From the NCBI GenBank assembly GCA_009780025.1, contig WRAV01000002.1:38126-102125 (forward strand): 64,000 nt of DNA. Reading direction: 5' to 3'. Source of the DNA: Oscillospiraceae bacterium (GTDB lineage: Bacteria > Bacillota > Clostridia > Oscillospirales > Ruminococcaceae). Below, piece by piece: positions 28,198 to 38,440 of this stretch. The notes beneath the pieces are model-generated. The model had not been told where the DNA came from. It ran no database searches and saw only the letters and a list, made by a program, of their open reading frames with translations. Numbering within the stretch: the first letter of the stretch is position 1; each line of letters opens with the position of its first letter. The translations under genes and the position numbers were made by a program.

Positions 28198-28288
28198 GGG
28201 CGCATCCTCCTAAACTGTTACTAATATAGTACAGTTTATGAATTCGCGTCGTTTTTGTGATTGTTTGCGTGGATTTTTATGGCATCAA

Positions 28289-30631
28289 TTAAATTTTTGC
28301 AAGCTTTGCGAAGTTTGCCATAATCCTTTTTACCCCGGCACCCTCAAATTTGACTTCCAGTAGAGTGTCGCCGCCCACCGCTTTGGCGGTCAAAATCTCG
28401 CCCTGGCCGAAGACTTTGTGGTCGACCCGCTGTCCGGGCGAGTAGCTCTCTCCACTGGCCTTAGCCGGCGAGCCGCTCGCGCTGCCCACCCCAATTGTAG
28501 TGGCCGAACCCCAATCCTTCTTTGGCGCCGGCCCGGCGGCCTTGCGCACGGGGGCAGGCCGTGGGGTGGAGTGGTCGACATGCTCGGTGTGCTCGGCAGG
28601 TATTTCCGCAATAAAGCGGGAGGGCGCGTTGTAGCTTGTCTGCCCAAAGAGCATTCGCTTGGCGGCGGTTGTTATGCAAAGCCGCTTCTTGGCCCGGGTT
28701 ATTGCCACGTAACAGAGCCGGCGCTCCTCCTCCACTTCCTGTGGGTTGTATCCGACCGATCGCCCGGGGAATACGCCCTCGTCCATCCCGGCTACAAACA
28801 CGTGGTCGAACTCCAGGCCTTTAGCCGCGTGTATGGTCATCAGCACCACCGAGTCCGAATTTGTGTCGTAGCTGTCAAGGTCGGTGTATAGGGCAATTCC
28901 CTCCAGGAAATCCGGCAGCGAGGGCTCGGGGGCACTCGCCTGGTAGTGTATCAGGTTGCTTTTTAGCTCCAGGATATTCTCCATTCGCCCGGCGCCCTCA
29001 AAGCCTTGGCTCTCGAGCATGGCGCGGTAGCTGGTGCGCTCCAGTATCTCGTCGAGCAGAATGTCGAGAGGCTGGGTCTGTGAGAGCTCGGTGAGGGTGT
29101 TTATGATGTCCACAAAGGCGAGCAGATGGGCCTTCTTCTTGGCAATGGGTTCGAACTGCTCGCACTGCTGGAGCACTTCAAATAGGCTGAGGCCCAGCCC
29201 GGCCGCAATTTCGAGGGCGCTGGCGACTGTAGTTGGGCCAATCTGACGCTTGGGTTCGTTTATGATTCGCGCCAGGCGCAAATTGTCGCCGGGGTTGTGC
29301 AAAATAGTCAGGTAGGCGGTGATGTCCTTGATCTCCTTGCGCTCGTAAAAGCGCACACCGCCGACTATTCGGTACGGTATGCCGCCCCCGGCCAGGGCCT
29401 GCTCTAGCGTATTTGAAAGGGCGTTCATCCGGTATAGAATCGCGTGGTCGGTAAACTTAGCCCCACCTGCGACATTTTCTAAAATCGCCTTGGCTATGCG
29501 TGCACTCTCGTCTTTTTCGTCCTCAACCCGCTCGATGAGAACTTTGTCGCCGCCCGGTTTGCTTGTCCACAAATTTTTGCCCTTGCGCTCGGTGTTGTGG
29601 GCAATCACTTGGTTAGCGGCGTTCAGAATGTGGGAGGTGCTGCGGTAGTTTTCTTCCAGGCGGATTACCCCGGCGCCGGGGAACTGCCGCTCGAAGCTGA
29701 GGATGTTTTCTATGGTCGCGCCGCGGAATTTGTAGATGCTCTGGTCGTCATCTCCCACAACACAGAGGTTTTTGTGCCCGCCGGCCAACGCCGAGATGAG
29801 AAGGTACTGGGCGTGGCTGGTGTCCTGGTACTCGTCCACCATTATGTAGCGGTAACGCTCGCGCAGGCCGTCCCTGACCTCAGGGAAATCCCGTAGCAGA
29901 CGCACTGTTTGGAAGATGAGGTCGTCAAAGTCCATGGCATTCGCGGCTTTTAGCTCTTTGGCGTAGAGCTCGTAGAGCTCGGCCAGCTTGTTTTCTCTAA
30001 AGTCTCGGGTGCTCGCCTTCATTTCCTCTGGGGTTTGCATTGTGTCTTTGGCGCGGCTAATAGCGCTCAGCGCAACCTTTGGCGGGAAAAGCTTGTCATC
30101 TAGGTTTAATGCCTTTAGGCAGCCCTTCATAACTCGTTGGCTGTCGTCGGCATCGTAAATGGTAAAGCTGCGCTCGTAACCCAGCCTGTCTGCTTCCCTG
30201 CGCAAAATCCGCGCGCAGAGGGAGTGGAATGTGTAGGCGTTTACTTGCTCGCCCACCTCGTTGCCCAGCAGGCGTCCCAAACGCTCGCGCAGCTCGCCGG
30301 CGGCCTTGTTGGTAAATGTGATTGCCAATATGTTCCATGGGCGCACCCGGCCCTTTCCAATCGCATCCGAGAGCTGGTTTGGCGGAACGTTTTCGCCGGC
30401 TATGTAGCGCTCTATTAAATCCTGTATCTTCGGCTCATTGGGTATCTCGGTATTGTAGGCGTCCCCAAACAGGATTAGGTTTTCTATCCGGCGGATGAGC
30501 ACGGTGGTCTTCCCGCTGCCTGCCCCCGCCAAAACCAGGAGCGGCCCCTTCACGCGGAAGACGGCCTGCCTTTGGACTGCGTTGAGTGCGCCAAAATATT
30601 GATTTAGCGCTTCCTGGCCTAATTCTCTCAT
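28289..30631 (-). CDS. pcrA: ATP-dependent DNA helicase PcrA/UvrD
   Basis: LAGAGSGKT, AITFTNKAA, VDEYQDT, VGDDDQSIY, LEENYRS, MTIHAAKGLEF, EERRLCYVAITRA, C-terminal Tudor-like tail. Confidence 0.97.
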   Translation of the reverse strand: MRELGQEALNQYFGALNAVQRQAVFRVKGPLLVLAGAGSGKTTVLIRRIENLILFGDAYNTEIPNEPKIQDLIERYIAGENVPPNQLSDAIGKGRVRPWNILAITFTNKAAGELRERLGRLLGNEVGEQVNAYTFHSLCARILRREADRLGYERSFTIYDADDSQRVMKGCLKALNLDDKLFPPKVALSAISRAKDTMQTPEEMKASTRDFRENKLAELYELYAKELKAANAMDFDDLIFQTVRLLRDFPEVRDGLRERYRYIMVDEYQDTSHAQYLLISALAGGHKNLCVVGDDDQSIYKFRGATIENILSFERQFPGAGVIRLEENYRSTSHILNAANQVIAHNTERKGKNLWTSKPGGDKVLIERVEDEKDESARIAKAILENVAGGAKFTDHAILYRMNALSNTLEQALAGGGIPYRIVGGVRFYERKEIKDITAYLTILHNPGDNLRLARIINEPKRQIGPTTVASALEIAAGLGLSLFEVLQQCEQFEPIAKKKAHLLAFVDIINTLTELSQTQPLDILLDEILERTSYRAMLESQGFEGAGRMENILELKSNLIHYQASAPEPSLPDFLEGIALYTDLDSYDTNSDSVVLMTIHAAKGLEFDHVFVAGMDEGVFPGRSVGYNPQEVEEERRLCYVAITRAKKRLCITTAAKRMLFGQTSYNAPSRFIAEIPAEHTEHVDHSTPRPAPVRKAAGPAPKKDWGSATTIGVGSASGSPAKASGESYSPGQRVDHKVFGQGEILTAKAVGGDTLLEVKFEGAGVKRIMANFAKLAKI

Positions 30632-30748
30632 AAAAACCCTCCGCCCGGGAAAAATATTGTTTCAGTGTATAGTATAGCATGTTTGCGAAGTAAAATCTAT
30701 CCAGGCACTGTTGCACAACAATTTTCCGAAAATATGTGCTGTATGCCC

Positions 30749-30777
30749 TTGCAATCCAAAACTGTATGCTCTATAAT
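30749..30777 (+). promoter_or_regulatory. sigma-A promoter for oadGB
   Basis: TTGCAA-17 nt-TATAAT. Confidence 0.7.
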
Positions 30778-30844
30778 TTTTACGTATGGCGCTTTGATTG
30801 ACGCAACATTATTTTAGATAACAACGCGGTTAGGGAGATTGTTT

Positions 30845-31255
30845 ATGTATAATCCGATAGGCTCTATGGTTGTACCCAGTATGCTTGTGGTTCTGGTTGC
30901 CCTTGCGATTATGGTCGGCCTCATTTACCTTATGAGATACATTGTCGCCCAGATAAATCGCGGCAAAAACGGCACCGGGCAGTCTGCCCCAGCCAAAAGC
31001 CAAGCTACCGCGCCGGCTACCGCTATCCCTGTACAGGCTCAGCCAGCGCCTGTGGCAGCGTCTGCGTCCCTGGCCGGAGAAACCGTCGCTGCTATCTGCG
31101 CGGCTGTCTCCTGTGTGATTGACGCCCCACACACTGTGACCAGCATTGCGCCGGTGGCTCAGACAGCAAGTGCCGTCGCGGCTCCTGCCCAGCCTGTCCG
31201 CCAACGCCCGGTTTGGGGCTTTGCAGGAATGCAGCAGAACACCCGGCCGTTCTAA
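30845..31255 (+). CDS. Na+-translocating decarboxylase gamma subunit (OadG family)
   Basis: One N-terminal TM helix, Ala/Pro linker, VAAICAAV motif; directly upstream of the beta subunit. Confidence 0.75.
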   Translation: MYNPIGSMVVPSMLVVLVALAIMVGLIYLMRYIVAQINRGKNGTGQSAPAKSQATAPATAIPVQAQPAPVAASASLAGETVAAICAAVSCVIDAPHTVTSIAPVAQTASAVAAPAQPVRQRPVWGFAGMQQNTRPF

Positions 31256-31299
31256 CGCACAGACCCACCATTACCTCCTAGAGAAGGGAAGAACGCTGG

Positions 31300-32601
31300 A
31301 TGTTTGCACAAATTGCCTACACGTTTTCTGCTTTGTTTAATAGTTCGGGCTTTGCGGTCGTAACCGGCCCAAACCTGATTATGATTTTGCTCTCTGCCGT
31401 ACTTATCTACTTGGGCATAGCAAAAGGCGTTGAGCCGCTGCTTATGCTGCCCATCGCTTTTGGTATGCTGCTTGCCAACCTACCGCTTTCCGGGATTTTG
31501 GGCCCGCCCGTGCAGGAAATGGTGCTGCTTGAGTATATACGTGATGCAAGCGGTCACTACCTGCCTGTCACCCCCGAGATTATTGAAGCTGTTAGAAATG
31601 GAGGCTACACCTATATCTTAGGGCTGGGTCAATCCTTCGCGATTGAAGGCGGCCAACTCTTCCAAGTGATTACCCAACAACCTGGCGGCCTTCTATTCTA
31701 CTTTTATCTGGGCGTGGGGCTGGTAGTTTTCCCGCCGCTGATTTTCCTCGGCATCGGTGCCATGATAGACTTCGGCCCGCTGATTGCCTTCCCTTCCAGC
31801 TTCATAATCGGTGCTGCTGCTCAGCTGGGTATCTTCGCCACCTTCTTGGGTGCACTTTGGCTGGGGTTTTCTCCCCAGGAGTCCAGCGCCATAGCAATTA
31901 TAGGATCGGCGGATGGTCCCACCACCATATTTGTAACCGCTACCCTTGCCCCACACCTTTTGGGCTCGGTGGCAATCGCGGCCTACACTTACATGGCCCT
32001 GGTGCCCATTATCCAGCCACCCTTTATGAAGGCGCTTACTAACGACAAAGAGCGCCGTGTAGTCATGAAGCAGTTACGCCCGGTCTCCAAAACCGAGCGG
32101 TGCGTCTTCCCTGTGCTGAGCGCTTTGGGCGTCGCGCTGCTTGTTCCACCAGCTACCCCGCTGCTGGGTATGCTTATGCTGGGCAACCTCATCAAGGAAT
32201 CCGGCGTCTGCGAGCGGCTTTCTCAGACCGCGCAGAACGAGATGATAAACATCGTCACTATCTTCCTTGGCCTGGCAGTTGGCTCTACCGCCCGGGCAGA
32301 GAACTTCCTTACCGCCCAGACTTTGATGATAATTGCTCTTGGGCTTGCGGCGTTTATTCTCAGCACAATTACCGGCGTGCTAATCGCCAAGGTAATGTGT
32401 TTTGCCACCGGGGGCAAGATCAATCCTCTCATCGGCAGCGCGGGAGTTTCTGCAATGCCGATGGCGGCCAGGGTATGCCAGCAGGTGGGTGCAAAGTACG
32501 ACCCCAATAACTTTTTGCTCATGCACGCAATGGGTCCCACAGTTTCCGCTACTATCGGCTCGGCGGTTGTGGCCGGTGCAATGATAGCGATTTTGTCTTA
32601 G
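31300..32601 (+). CDS. oadB: Na+-translocating decarboxylase beta subunit
   Basis: EPLLMLPIAFG, LIFLGIGAMIDFGPL, IIGSADGPT, AAYTYMALVPIIQPP, NPLIGSAGVSAMPMAARV, NFLLMHAMGP. Confidence 0.95.
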   Translation: MFAQIAYTFSALFNSSGFAVVTGPNLIMILLSAVLIYLGIAKGVEPLLMLPIAFGMLLANLPLSGILGPPVQEMVLLEYIRDASGHYLPVTPEIIEAVRNGGYTYILGLGQSFAIEGGQLFQVITQQPGGLLFYFYLGVGLVVFPPLIFLGIGAMIDFGPLIAFPSSFIIGAAAQLGIFATFLGALWLGFSPQESSAIAIIGSADGPTTIFVTATLAPHLLGSVAIAAYTYMALVPIIQPPFMKALTNDKERRVVMKQLRPVSKTERCVFPVLSALGVALLVPPATPLLGMLMLGNLIKESGVCERLSQTAQNEMINIVTIFLGLAVGSTARAENFLTAQTLMIIALGLAAFILSTITGVLIAKVMCFATGGKINPLIGSAGVSAMPMAARVCQQVGAKYDPNNFLLMHAMGPTVSATIGSAVVAGAMIAILS

Positions 32602-32705
32602 TTGTGTACTCGGGCTGACTTGGCTTTGCGGCTTTATTTCTAATGGCGGCCCCTTCTCCTACACAACGACATAATAAAATGTCCGGTATAAGCGGGTGAA
32701 GCCGC

Positions 32706-33212
32706 TTATACCGGACGTTTGTTTTCCCTATTCTCTTTAGCCAACAACAACACACAGTGAGCAGCTACCCCTTCTTCTCTGCCTGTGAAGCCCATTCCCT
32801 CTTCGGTAGTGGCCTTCACACTGCATAGGCCGACCGGCACCCCGATAGCAGCCGCCAGATTCTCCCGCATCTTGGGGATATGCCCGGCCAGCTTGGGTTT
32901 TTGGGCGATTATTGTAGCGTCGAGATTGCAGAGTGAGAACCCTTGCTCTTTTATCATTCCGACGACTTTTTGCAGCAGTTTAATGCTGTCCGCGCCCGCA
33001 AAAGCCGCGTCCCCCGGCGGGAAGTGCAGGCCAATGTCCCCCAGAGACAGCGCACCCAGCAGCGCATCCATTACAGCGTGGGTGAGCACGTCTGCGTCCG
33101 AGTGGCCGTCAAGCCCCAGATGGTGCGGAACATCTACCCCACCCAAAATCATCCTGCGGCCGGGGACAAGGCGGTGGGCGTCGTAGCCGTGGCCTATTCT
33201 AAGCATTGACAT
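32706..33212 (-). CDS. ispF: 2-C-methyl-D-erythritol 2,4-cyclodiphosphate synthase
   Basis: RIGHGYDAH, GHSDADV, LGDIG, KATTEE. Confidence 0.96.
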   Translation of the reverse strand: MSMLRIGHGYDAHRLVPGRRMILGGVDVPHHLGLDGHSDADVLTHAVMDALLGALSLGDIGLHFPPGDAAFAGADSIKLLQKVVGMIKEQGFSLCNLDATIIAQKPKLAGHIPKMRENLAAAIGVPVGLCSVKATTEEGMGFTGREEGVAAHCVLLLAKENRENKRPV

Positions 33213-33960
33213 CGTATCCACCTCCCAAGAAAGCTTCGGCTTCCCCGCCCTCGCGACAGCCCAGCAGAGCCCGGGCGATAATCAAATCTTCCGGGGTGGT
33301 GATTTTTATATTCTCGTACCGACCATTAACTATGTAGACCTTTTTGCCCAGCCGCTCGACAAGCTGGCAGTCGTCCGAGTAGGTGCGCTCTTCACACCGA
33401 GCAACCTTCATTGCCTGGCGGTAAGTCGCGGCCTCGAACACCTGGGGCGTTTGTATGGCTACAGTCTCGTCCCGGTTTAGGGTGGCGGCAACGAATCCGT
33501 CCCCGCCTGCTCGCTTAAGAGTGTCCTTGAGCCGTACCCCGAGCGCTGCCGCATCGTGTTCAAAGGCAGCCTCCACACAGGCTTCTACCTCTTCTGGGGT
33601 GACCAGTGGGCGGGCGCCGTCGTGTACGGCTATGTACTCGGCCTGCTTGCTGCAAACCTCCACACCAGCAAAGACTGATGCCTGGCGGGTAGCAGCCCCC
33701 TCAACCACCATGCTTACCCGGCAGGGACCCAACTCCCTGACGAGCTCGTAGTATTCAGCCACCTGCCCAACCGGGCAGACCAGCACTATCTCGGAGATTA
33801 AGCCGCATTCGTCGAGCGCCTGAATTGCACGCGCCACCACCGGCATCCCGAAAAGATCGGCCCGCTGCTTGTCTATTCCGTCCATCCGCTCGGCAGCCCC
33901 CGCAGCCGCCACCACCGCCGAAACGAAGGGGCGGGGCGGGGTCTTTTTATTCCAGAACAT
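33199..33960 (-). CDS. ispD: 2-C-methyl-D-erythritol 4-phosphate cytidylyltransferase
   Basis: AAG..RM...KQ, RQASV, HDGARP, QTPQVF, DDCQL, NIKITTPEDL; adjacent to ispF. Confidence 0.93.
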   Translation of the reverse strand: MFWNKKTPPRPFVSAVVAAAGAAERMDGIDKQRADLFGMPVVARAIQALDECGLISEIVLVCPVGQVAEYYELVRELGPCRVSMVVEGAATRQASVFAGVEVCSKQAEYIAVHDGARPLVTPEEVEACVEAAFEHDAAALGVRLKDTLKRAGGDGFVAATLNRDETVAIQTPQVFEAATYRQAMKVARCEERTYSDDCQLVERLGKKVYIVNGRYENIKITTPEDLIIARALLGCREGGEAEAFLGGGYDVNA

Positions 33961-33979
33961 ATGGCATCAGCTCCAAATT

Positions 33980-34771
33980 TCAGTTGGCAGCCGACCGCTG
34001 CCTTCCCTCAAAATTCACGGTATATGGCCGTGGGTGAATCAGCTCGGAGACTTTGGTGAATTCGTAGCCCTCGGCGCGTATTTGCTCTATGATTTGCGGC
34101 AGCGCATCCGCTGTATTTTTTGTCCCGCTGTGGAAAAGCAAAATTGACCCGGGGCGCAAATTTTTGGAGATGCGTACCCACATTTGCTCTGCGGTGAGGT
34201 CCCTATAGTCAAGGCTGTCGCAATCCCACTGAATGGGGTAAAGCCCCGCGTCTTCAATCAGCGCGATCACTTGGTTGTTGTAAGCACCCGACGGAGTACG
34301 GAAAAGTGTGGGTCGCACCCCCGTGAGCTCCTGGATTTTTGCGGTGCTCTCGCTTATCTGACTCCGGATTTGAGCCTCGCTCAGGGTGGTCATATCGGCG
34401 TGGGTATTAGAGTGGCTGCCAACTTCATGGCCGGCTGCAGCAATATCCCGCACCGACTGCGGGTATTTCTCGGCCCACTGTCCAAGCACAAAAAAGCTGG
34501 CTTGGACGCCGTATCGCTCAAGTACTGCCAAAATCTCTTCTATGTCCTCGTTGCCCCAGGCGCAGTTGATGCCAAGGGCCACCCGCTTTTCCGCGGTCTC
34601 GACCGAATATATCGGCCGCCTCTTAGACTCCGCTAGCGCGCCCACGCTTAGCCCAGCCACCCCCAAAAGGAGGCAAATCGCCGCCCCAAGCGCCAACACA
34701 CGAAGCACCGGTCGCCTGCCCAACACCCGGTACAAGCCGGCGGCGCCACTTTTCTTGTCCATACATACCAC
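33980..34771 (-). CDS. Polysaccharide deacetylase (PdaB-like, sporulation)
   Basis: N-terminal TM; INCAWG, SFFVLG, GSHSNTH, FRTPSG, WDCDSLDY, ILLFH. Confidence 0.85.
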   Translation of the reverse strand: MVCMDKKSGAAGLYRVLGRRPVLRVLALGAAICLLLGVAGLSVGALAESKRRPIYSVETAEKRVALGINCAWGNEDIEEILAVLERYGVQASFFVLGQWAEKYPQSVRDIAAAGHEVGSHSNTHADMTTLSEAQIRSQISESTAKIQELTGVRPTLFRTPSGAYNNQVIALIEDAGLYPIQWDCDSLDYRDLTAEQMWVRISKNLRPGSILLFHSGTKNTADALPQIIEQIRAEGYEFTKVSELIHPRPYTVNFEGRQRSAAN

Positions 34772-34841
34772 TCCCCGGTTTTCGCAAACTACTCAAAGTA
34801 TATGACGAAACCTCCGGGATATTCGGTGCACATCCAAATCA

Positions 34842-35690
34842 TTATACGTGTAGTATAAAATTGTCAATTAATCGCGTGTCTCCCACAAAAACGGCCAGCG
34901 CACCGAGTATTGAACCGTCTATTTTCTCAGGTTTTTCCATGGTTTGGGCGCTTACGACTTCGATATAGTCTATCCTGGCCAGTGGCTCGGCCTCGACTAT
35001 TTTTCGCATGGAAGCGGTTACCTTTACAGGGTCGCGCTCCCCTGCCGCAATCAGCCGCTCGCCCTCGAATACCGCACGGCTGACCACTCTGGCGGCCACT
35101 CGCTGTTCCGGGGTTAGGTAGCTGTTGCGAGAACTTTTGGCAAGGCCGTCATCTTCGCGGACGGTCGGGCAGCTTACGATTTCTATGTCCATATCAAGGT
35201 CTTCGACCATGCGCTTTATCACGGCCAGCTGCTGAGCGTCTTTCTGCCCAAAGTATGCCCGGGTAGGCAGCGCAATGCTGAATAGCTTGGTCACTACGGT
35301 AGCCACCCCGCGGAATAGGTCTGGGCGGCTGGCTCCGCAAAGGCCCGCCGTCAGGCTGCCGCTCACTTCCACAAAGGTGCAGGAGCCGGGCCTGTACATA
35401 TCATCCGCGCCGGGACAGAATACGAGGTCGGCCTTTGCGTCCTCACAAAGGGCAAGGTCGGCTCGCAAGTCACGTGGGTAGGTCTCCAAATCTTCCGTCG
35501 GGCCAAACTGCGTAGGGTTAACAAATATGCTGACTATAGTTTTGTCATTTTCCGCCGCCGAGCGCTCTACGAGACTGAGATGTCCCTGGTGCAGGTACCC
35601 CATTGTCGGCACAAAACCGACGCTGAGTCCACTGTTTTTCCACTGCTTTGCAAGTGAGCGCGCTTGCGATATTTTCCGTACAATCTCCAT
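34842..35690 (-). CDS. panC: Pantoate--beta-alanine ligase
   Basis: VPTMGYLHQGH, SIFVNPTQF, YFGQKD, GLAKSSRN, RLIDN. Confidence 0.96.
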   Translation of the reverse strand: MEIVRKISQARSLAKQWKNSGLSVGFVPTMGYLHQGHLSLVERSAAENDKTIVSIFVNPTQFGPTEDLETYPRDLRADLALCEDAKADLVFCPGADDMYRPGSCTFVEVSGSLTAGLCGASRPDLFRGVATVVTKLFSIALPTRAYFGQKDAQQLAVIKRMVEDLDMDIEIVSCPTVREDDGLAKSSRNSYLTPEQRVAARVVSRAVFEGERLIAAGERDPVKVTASMRKIVEAEPLARIDYIEVVSAQTMEKPEKIDGSILGALAVFVGDTRLIDNFILHV

Positions 35691-35821
35691 GTGTATACTT
35701 CCCCTGTGCTCTAGGTTATGCTATACATTATTATCCAAAAACTGCGGCCTGTCAAGTGCATGCAAGAACAGACCTTTACACCCTGTTAACTTTTCTTTTA
35801 CACACGGTTCCTCGCCGACAC

Positions 35822-35850
35822 TTGAAAAAAATGAGGTAACGCGATATAAT
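35822..35850 (+). promoter_or_regulatory. sigma-A promoter for the D,D-carboxypeptidase gene
   Basis: TTGAAA-17 nt-TATAAT. Confidence 0.75.
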
Positions 35851-35925
35851 ATAGCGTAATATGTCAGATATTTGAGACGCAAAGCTTCTAGGGCATATTT
35901 AAAGATTCTCCTTGGGAAGGAAATT

Positions 35926-37329
35926 ATGAAGAAAACCGTTGCGCTTTTGCTTATCGCTGCTATAGTCTGCCTCTCGTTCCCCTTACATATGTCTGGGGCT
36001 GTTGAGCCTAGCCAGATACGCTCGCGCACAGCTGTGCTTATGGACTTGGACACCGGCCAAGTGCTCTACAACAAGGGGATGCATCACCGGGTTTACCCAG
36101 CCAGCACCACAAAAATACTCACCGCTTTGCTGGCGGTGGAAAACGCCCACCCACACGAGATTATAACAGCCAGCACCACCGCTCTTGATCTGCCTTATTA
36201 CGGTGCGCACATAGCGCTGGTGCCAGGTGAGCGGATGACCGTCGAAGACGCAATTTTCGCTATAATGCTGCCTTCTGCCAACGACGCTTCCAACGTTTTG
36301 GCCGAGCATGTGGCCGGCAGTCTCGAGACCTTTGCCGAGATGATGACCCAGCGCGCCCACGAGATAGGCGCTGTCAACTCGAACTTTACAAACGCCCACG
36401 GACTTCACGAAGAAAACCACTTTACCACCGCGTATGATATGGCCCTCATTACTCGACATGCCATGGAAAACGAAGAGTTTCGCCGGTATTTTGGGGCCGC
36501 ACATCACCTAATGCCCGCCACCAACATGAATGTCGAGCGCAACCTCCACCAGATGCAATATATGCTTGTACCGGGTATAGACGGCTTTGATCCTGAGGTT
36601 ACCGGTGGCAAGGTTGGCTTTACCAACGCTGCTCGCCACACCATGAGCACCACCGCCACCCGGGACGGCCGCGACCTTGTCACCGTGGTAATGTACTCCC
36701 CTGTACGATGGGACAAGTTCATAGACACCCGAGCCCTTCTGGACTTCGGCTTTGACGAGTTTGTGCCCCTTACCGTTGGAGCTGAAGAGATTGCCGGCAG
36801 CGAGCTGCCCATAATGCAGGGCGGCACGGAGATCGGCGTTGCCACCTTTGAGCGCGAAGAGCCCTTCACCGCGCTTATACACACTTCCGCCAACCCTGCC
36901 CAGCTGCAGATGCAGCGCAACACGCCGGCACATTACAATATTGCCAGCCCCGTGCCATACACCATAAGTTTCGAGCTGCCGGGGTCTCTACCATTTGTGC
37001 CGACACTGCTTGGCACCATCGAGCTTGAATCTCATCTTGATATCCCTGTTATGGCGGCAATGCTGCCAATGGGAACAGAGCTACACACAGAGGCACCTAC
37101 GCCTTTCTGGTTGATCGCTTTGCGGGTTGTCGGAATTGCGATTGGCGTCGCGGTTCTTGTGCTCACGCTGCTTGTCTTAGGCCTAAGGCGGCGGATGGCA
37201 AAACGCAGGCGCAAGCGAATGGAGCGCTTTGAGTTGCAGCTGCGCCAGGCCGAACAGAACAGAAATACTGTTATCCACAACGGGTACAATGTGCGAAACA
37301 ACAGCTACACTGGGCGCAGAGCCAAATAG
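35926..37329 (+). CDS. D-alanyl-D-alanine carboxypeptidase (S11, Dac family)
   Basis: Start ATG 35926; PASTTK (SxxK), SAND (SxN), GGKVG (K-V-G variant of KTG); C-terminal TM and basic tail. Confidence 0.9.
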   Translation: MKKTVALLLIAAIVCLSFPLHMSGAVEPSQIRSRTAVLMDLDTGQVLYNKGMHHRVYPASTTKILTALLAVENAHPHEIITASTTALDLPYYGAHIALVPGERMTVEDAIFAIMLPSANDASNVLAEHVAGSLETFAEMMTQRAHEIGAVNSNFTNAHGLHEENHFTTAYDMALITRHAMENEEFRRYFGAAHHLMPATNMNVERNLHQMQYMLVPGIDGFDPEVTGGKVGFTNAARHTMSTTATRDGRDLVTVVMYSPVRWDKFIDTRALLDFGFDEFVPLTVGAEEIAGSELPIMQGGTEIGVATFEREEPFTALIHTSANPAQLQMQRNTPAHYNIASPVPYTISFELPGSLPFVPTLLGTIELESHLDIPVMAAMLPMGTELHTEAPTPFWLIALRVVGIAIGVAVLVLTLLVLGLRRRMAKRRRKRMERFELQLRQAEQNRNTVIHNGYNVRNNSYTGRRAK

Positions 37330-37345
37330 CTCCCACCAATTATAG

Positions 37346-37383
37346 AACAGCCGCCTTGTTGAGCGCAAGGCGGCTGTTTTTTG
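37346..37383. terminator. Intrinsic terminator
   Basis: AACAGCCGCCTTG-ttgagcg-CAAGGCGGCTGTT-TTTT. Confidence 0.85.
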
Positions 37384-37401
37384 TCTACCGGACCATCCGG
37401 A

Positions 37402-38424
37402 TTAGCTGAAAAATTGCTGCGAATTGCCCACAAGACTAATCAGGGTATCTGCGTCCACGGCACCGCTGGCTGCAAGGCCACGATCTTGCTGGAACTTCCG
37501 CACGGCCTCCTCAGTGTCGGGGCCGTACATGCCATCCGGTCTGCCGGGCGAGTGCTCGTTGAACATAAGCAACAGCTGCAAGAGCAAGACCACATTGCCT
37601 GTACTGCCGGGGTACACTTTGCCGAATGCCTCCAGGGTCTTTGCGCCTAACATTCCGTCGGCTATCAGCTGGGCGTTTGTGTCGCGATTTAGTGCCAGTT
37701 GCAGCGCTATAACAGCCAGCTGGCGTGTAAGGTTATCATAATACCCGGTCAGTGGTACTCCCAGTCCGAATCTGTCCCCCAGCAGCAGCTGGCCCTGCAT
37801 CACACTGGCGCTGGGGCAAGGCGGGCATTTATATGGGTGGTGTGCTCCCGGCGAGTCTTCGTCAATCGCCAGCCCAAAATACTGCATAATTCCCCGGACT
37901 ATCGCCTTAGCGTAGTCTTGCAGATGCTCGTCAAAGAGCTGGTTGTCGATCTCGTTGATGATAAAGCCCATCTCCAGCAGCATGGCTGGCATCTGCGTCT
38001 TGCGCAGGACGTAGTAGTCCCCACGGCTGACCCCGCGATTAGCTTGGACGCCCACCTCTACGACTTCCTCGAGAACCAGCTGCGCCGCCTTGCCTGCGGT
38101 CTCTTCTGGTGCGGTTAAGTAGATGTAGTTTTCCACACCGTTAGTAGTTGGAGTCTGTTCGGGGTATGAGTTGCGGTGGAGCGATACAAATAGGTCGGCC
38201 CCGGCATTGTTGGCGATTGTGGCCCGGTCAGCCAGAGTAACAAACACATCGCTGTCCCGGGTCATAATCGCAGGTATCCCCTGCTCTCCCAGCACTTTGT
38301 ACACTTCTAGCCCAAGGCGAAGGTTATCGTCTTTTTCCAGCCGGCCTTCCCAGCTGGCACCATTGTCCCAACCGCCGTGGCCGGGGTCAACAACTATTAG
38401 CGGCGGGTTATCTCGGTTAAACAT
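37402..38424 (-). CDS. N-acetylmuramoyl-L-alanine amidase (Amidase_3) with peptidoglycan-binding repeats
   Basis: DPGHGG, EK..NL, R..D.FVTL..R...AN, SLHRN, LLEMGFI; PDGMYGPDTEEAVRKFQ PG-binding motif. Confidence 0.92.
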   Translation of the reverse strand: MFNRDNPPLIVVDPGHGGWDNGASWEGRLEKDDNLRLGLEVYKVLGEQGIPAIMTRDSDVFVTLADRATIANNAGADLFVSLHRNSYPEQTPTTNGVENYIYLTAPEETAGKAAQLVLEEVVEVGVQANRGVSRGDYYVLRKTQMPAMLLEMGFIINEIDNQLFDEHLQDYAKAIVRGIMQYFGLAIDEDSPGAHHPYKCPPCPSASVMQGQLLLGDRFGLGVPLTGYYDNLTRQLAVIALQLALNRDTNAQLIADGMLGAKTLEAFGKVYPGSTGNVVLLLQLLLMFNEHSPGRPDGMYGPDTEEAVRKFQQDRGLAASGAVDADTLISLVGNSQQFFS

Positions 38425-38440
38425 GTAGTGCCCCCCCTTT

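Noticed and set aside
27485-28213. 242-aa plus-strand ORF overlapping 27499-28197
   Set aside because: The minus-strand frame has the AGGAGG RBS and family-like motifs. The plus frame is its Ser-rich shadow.
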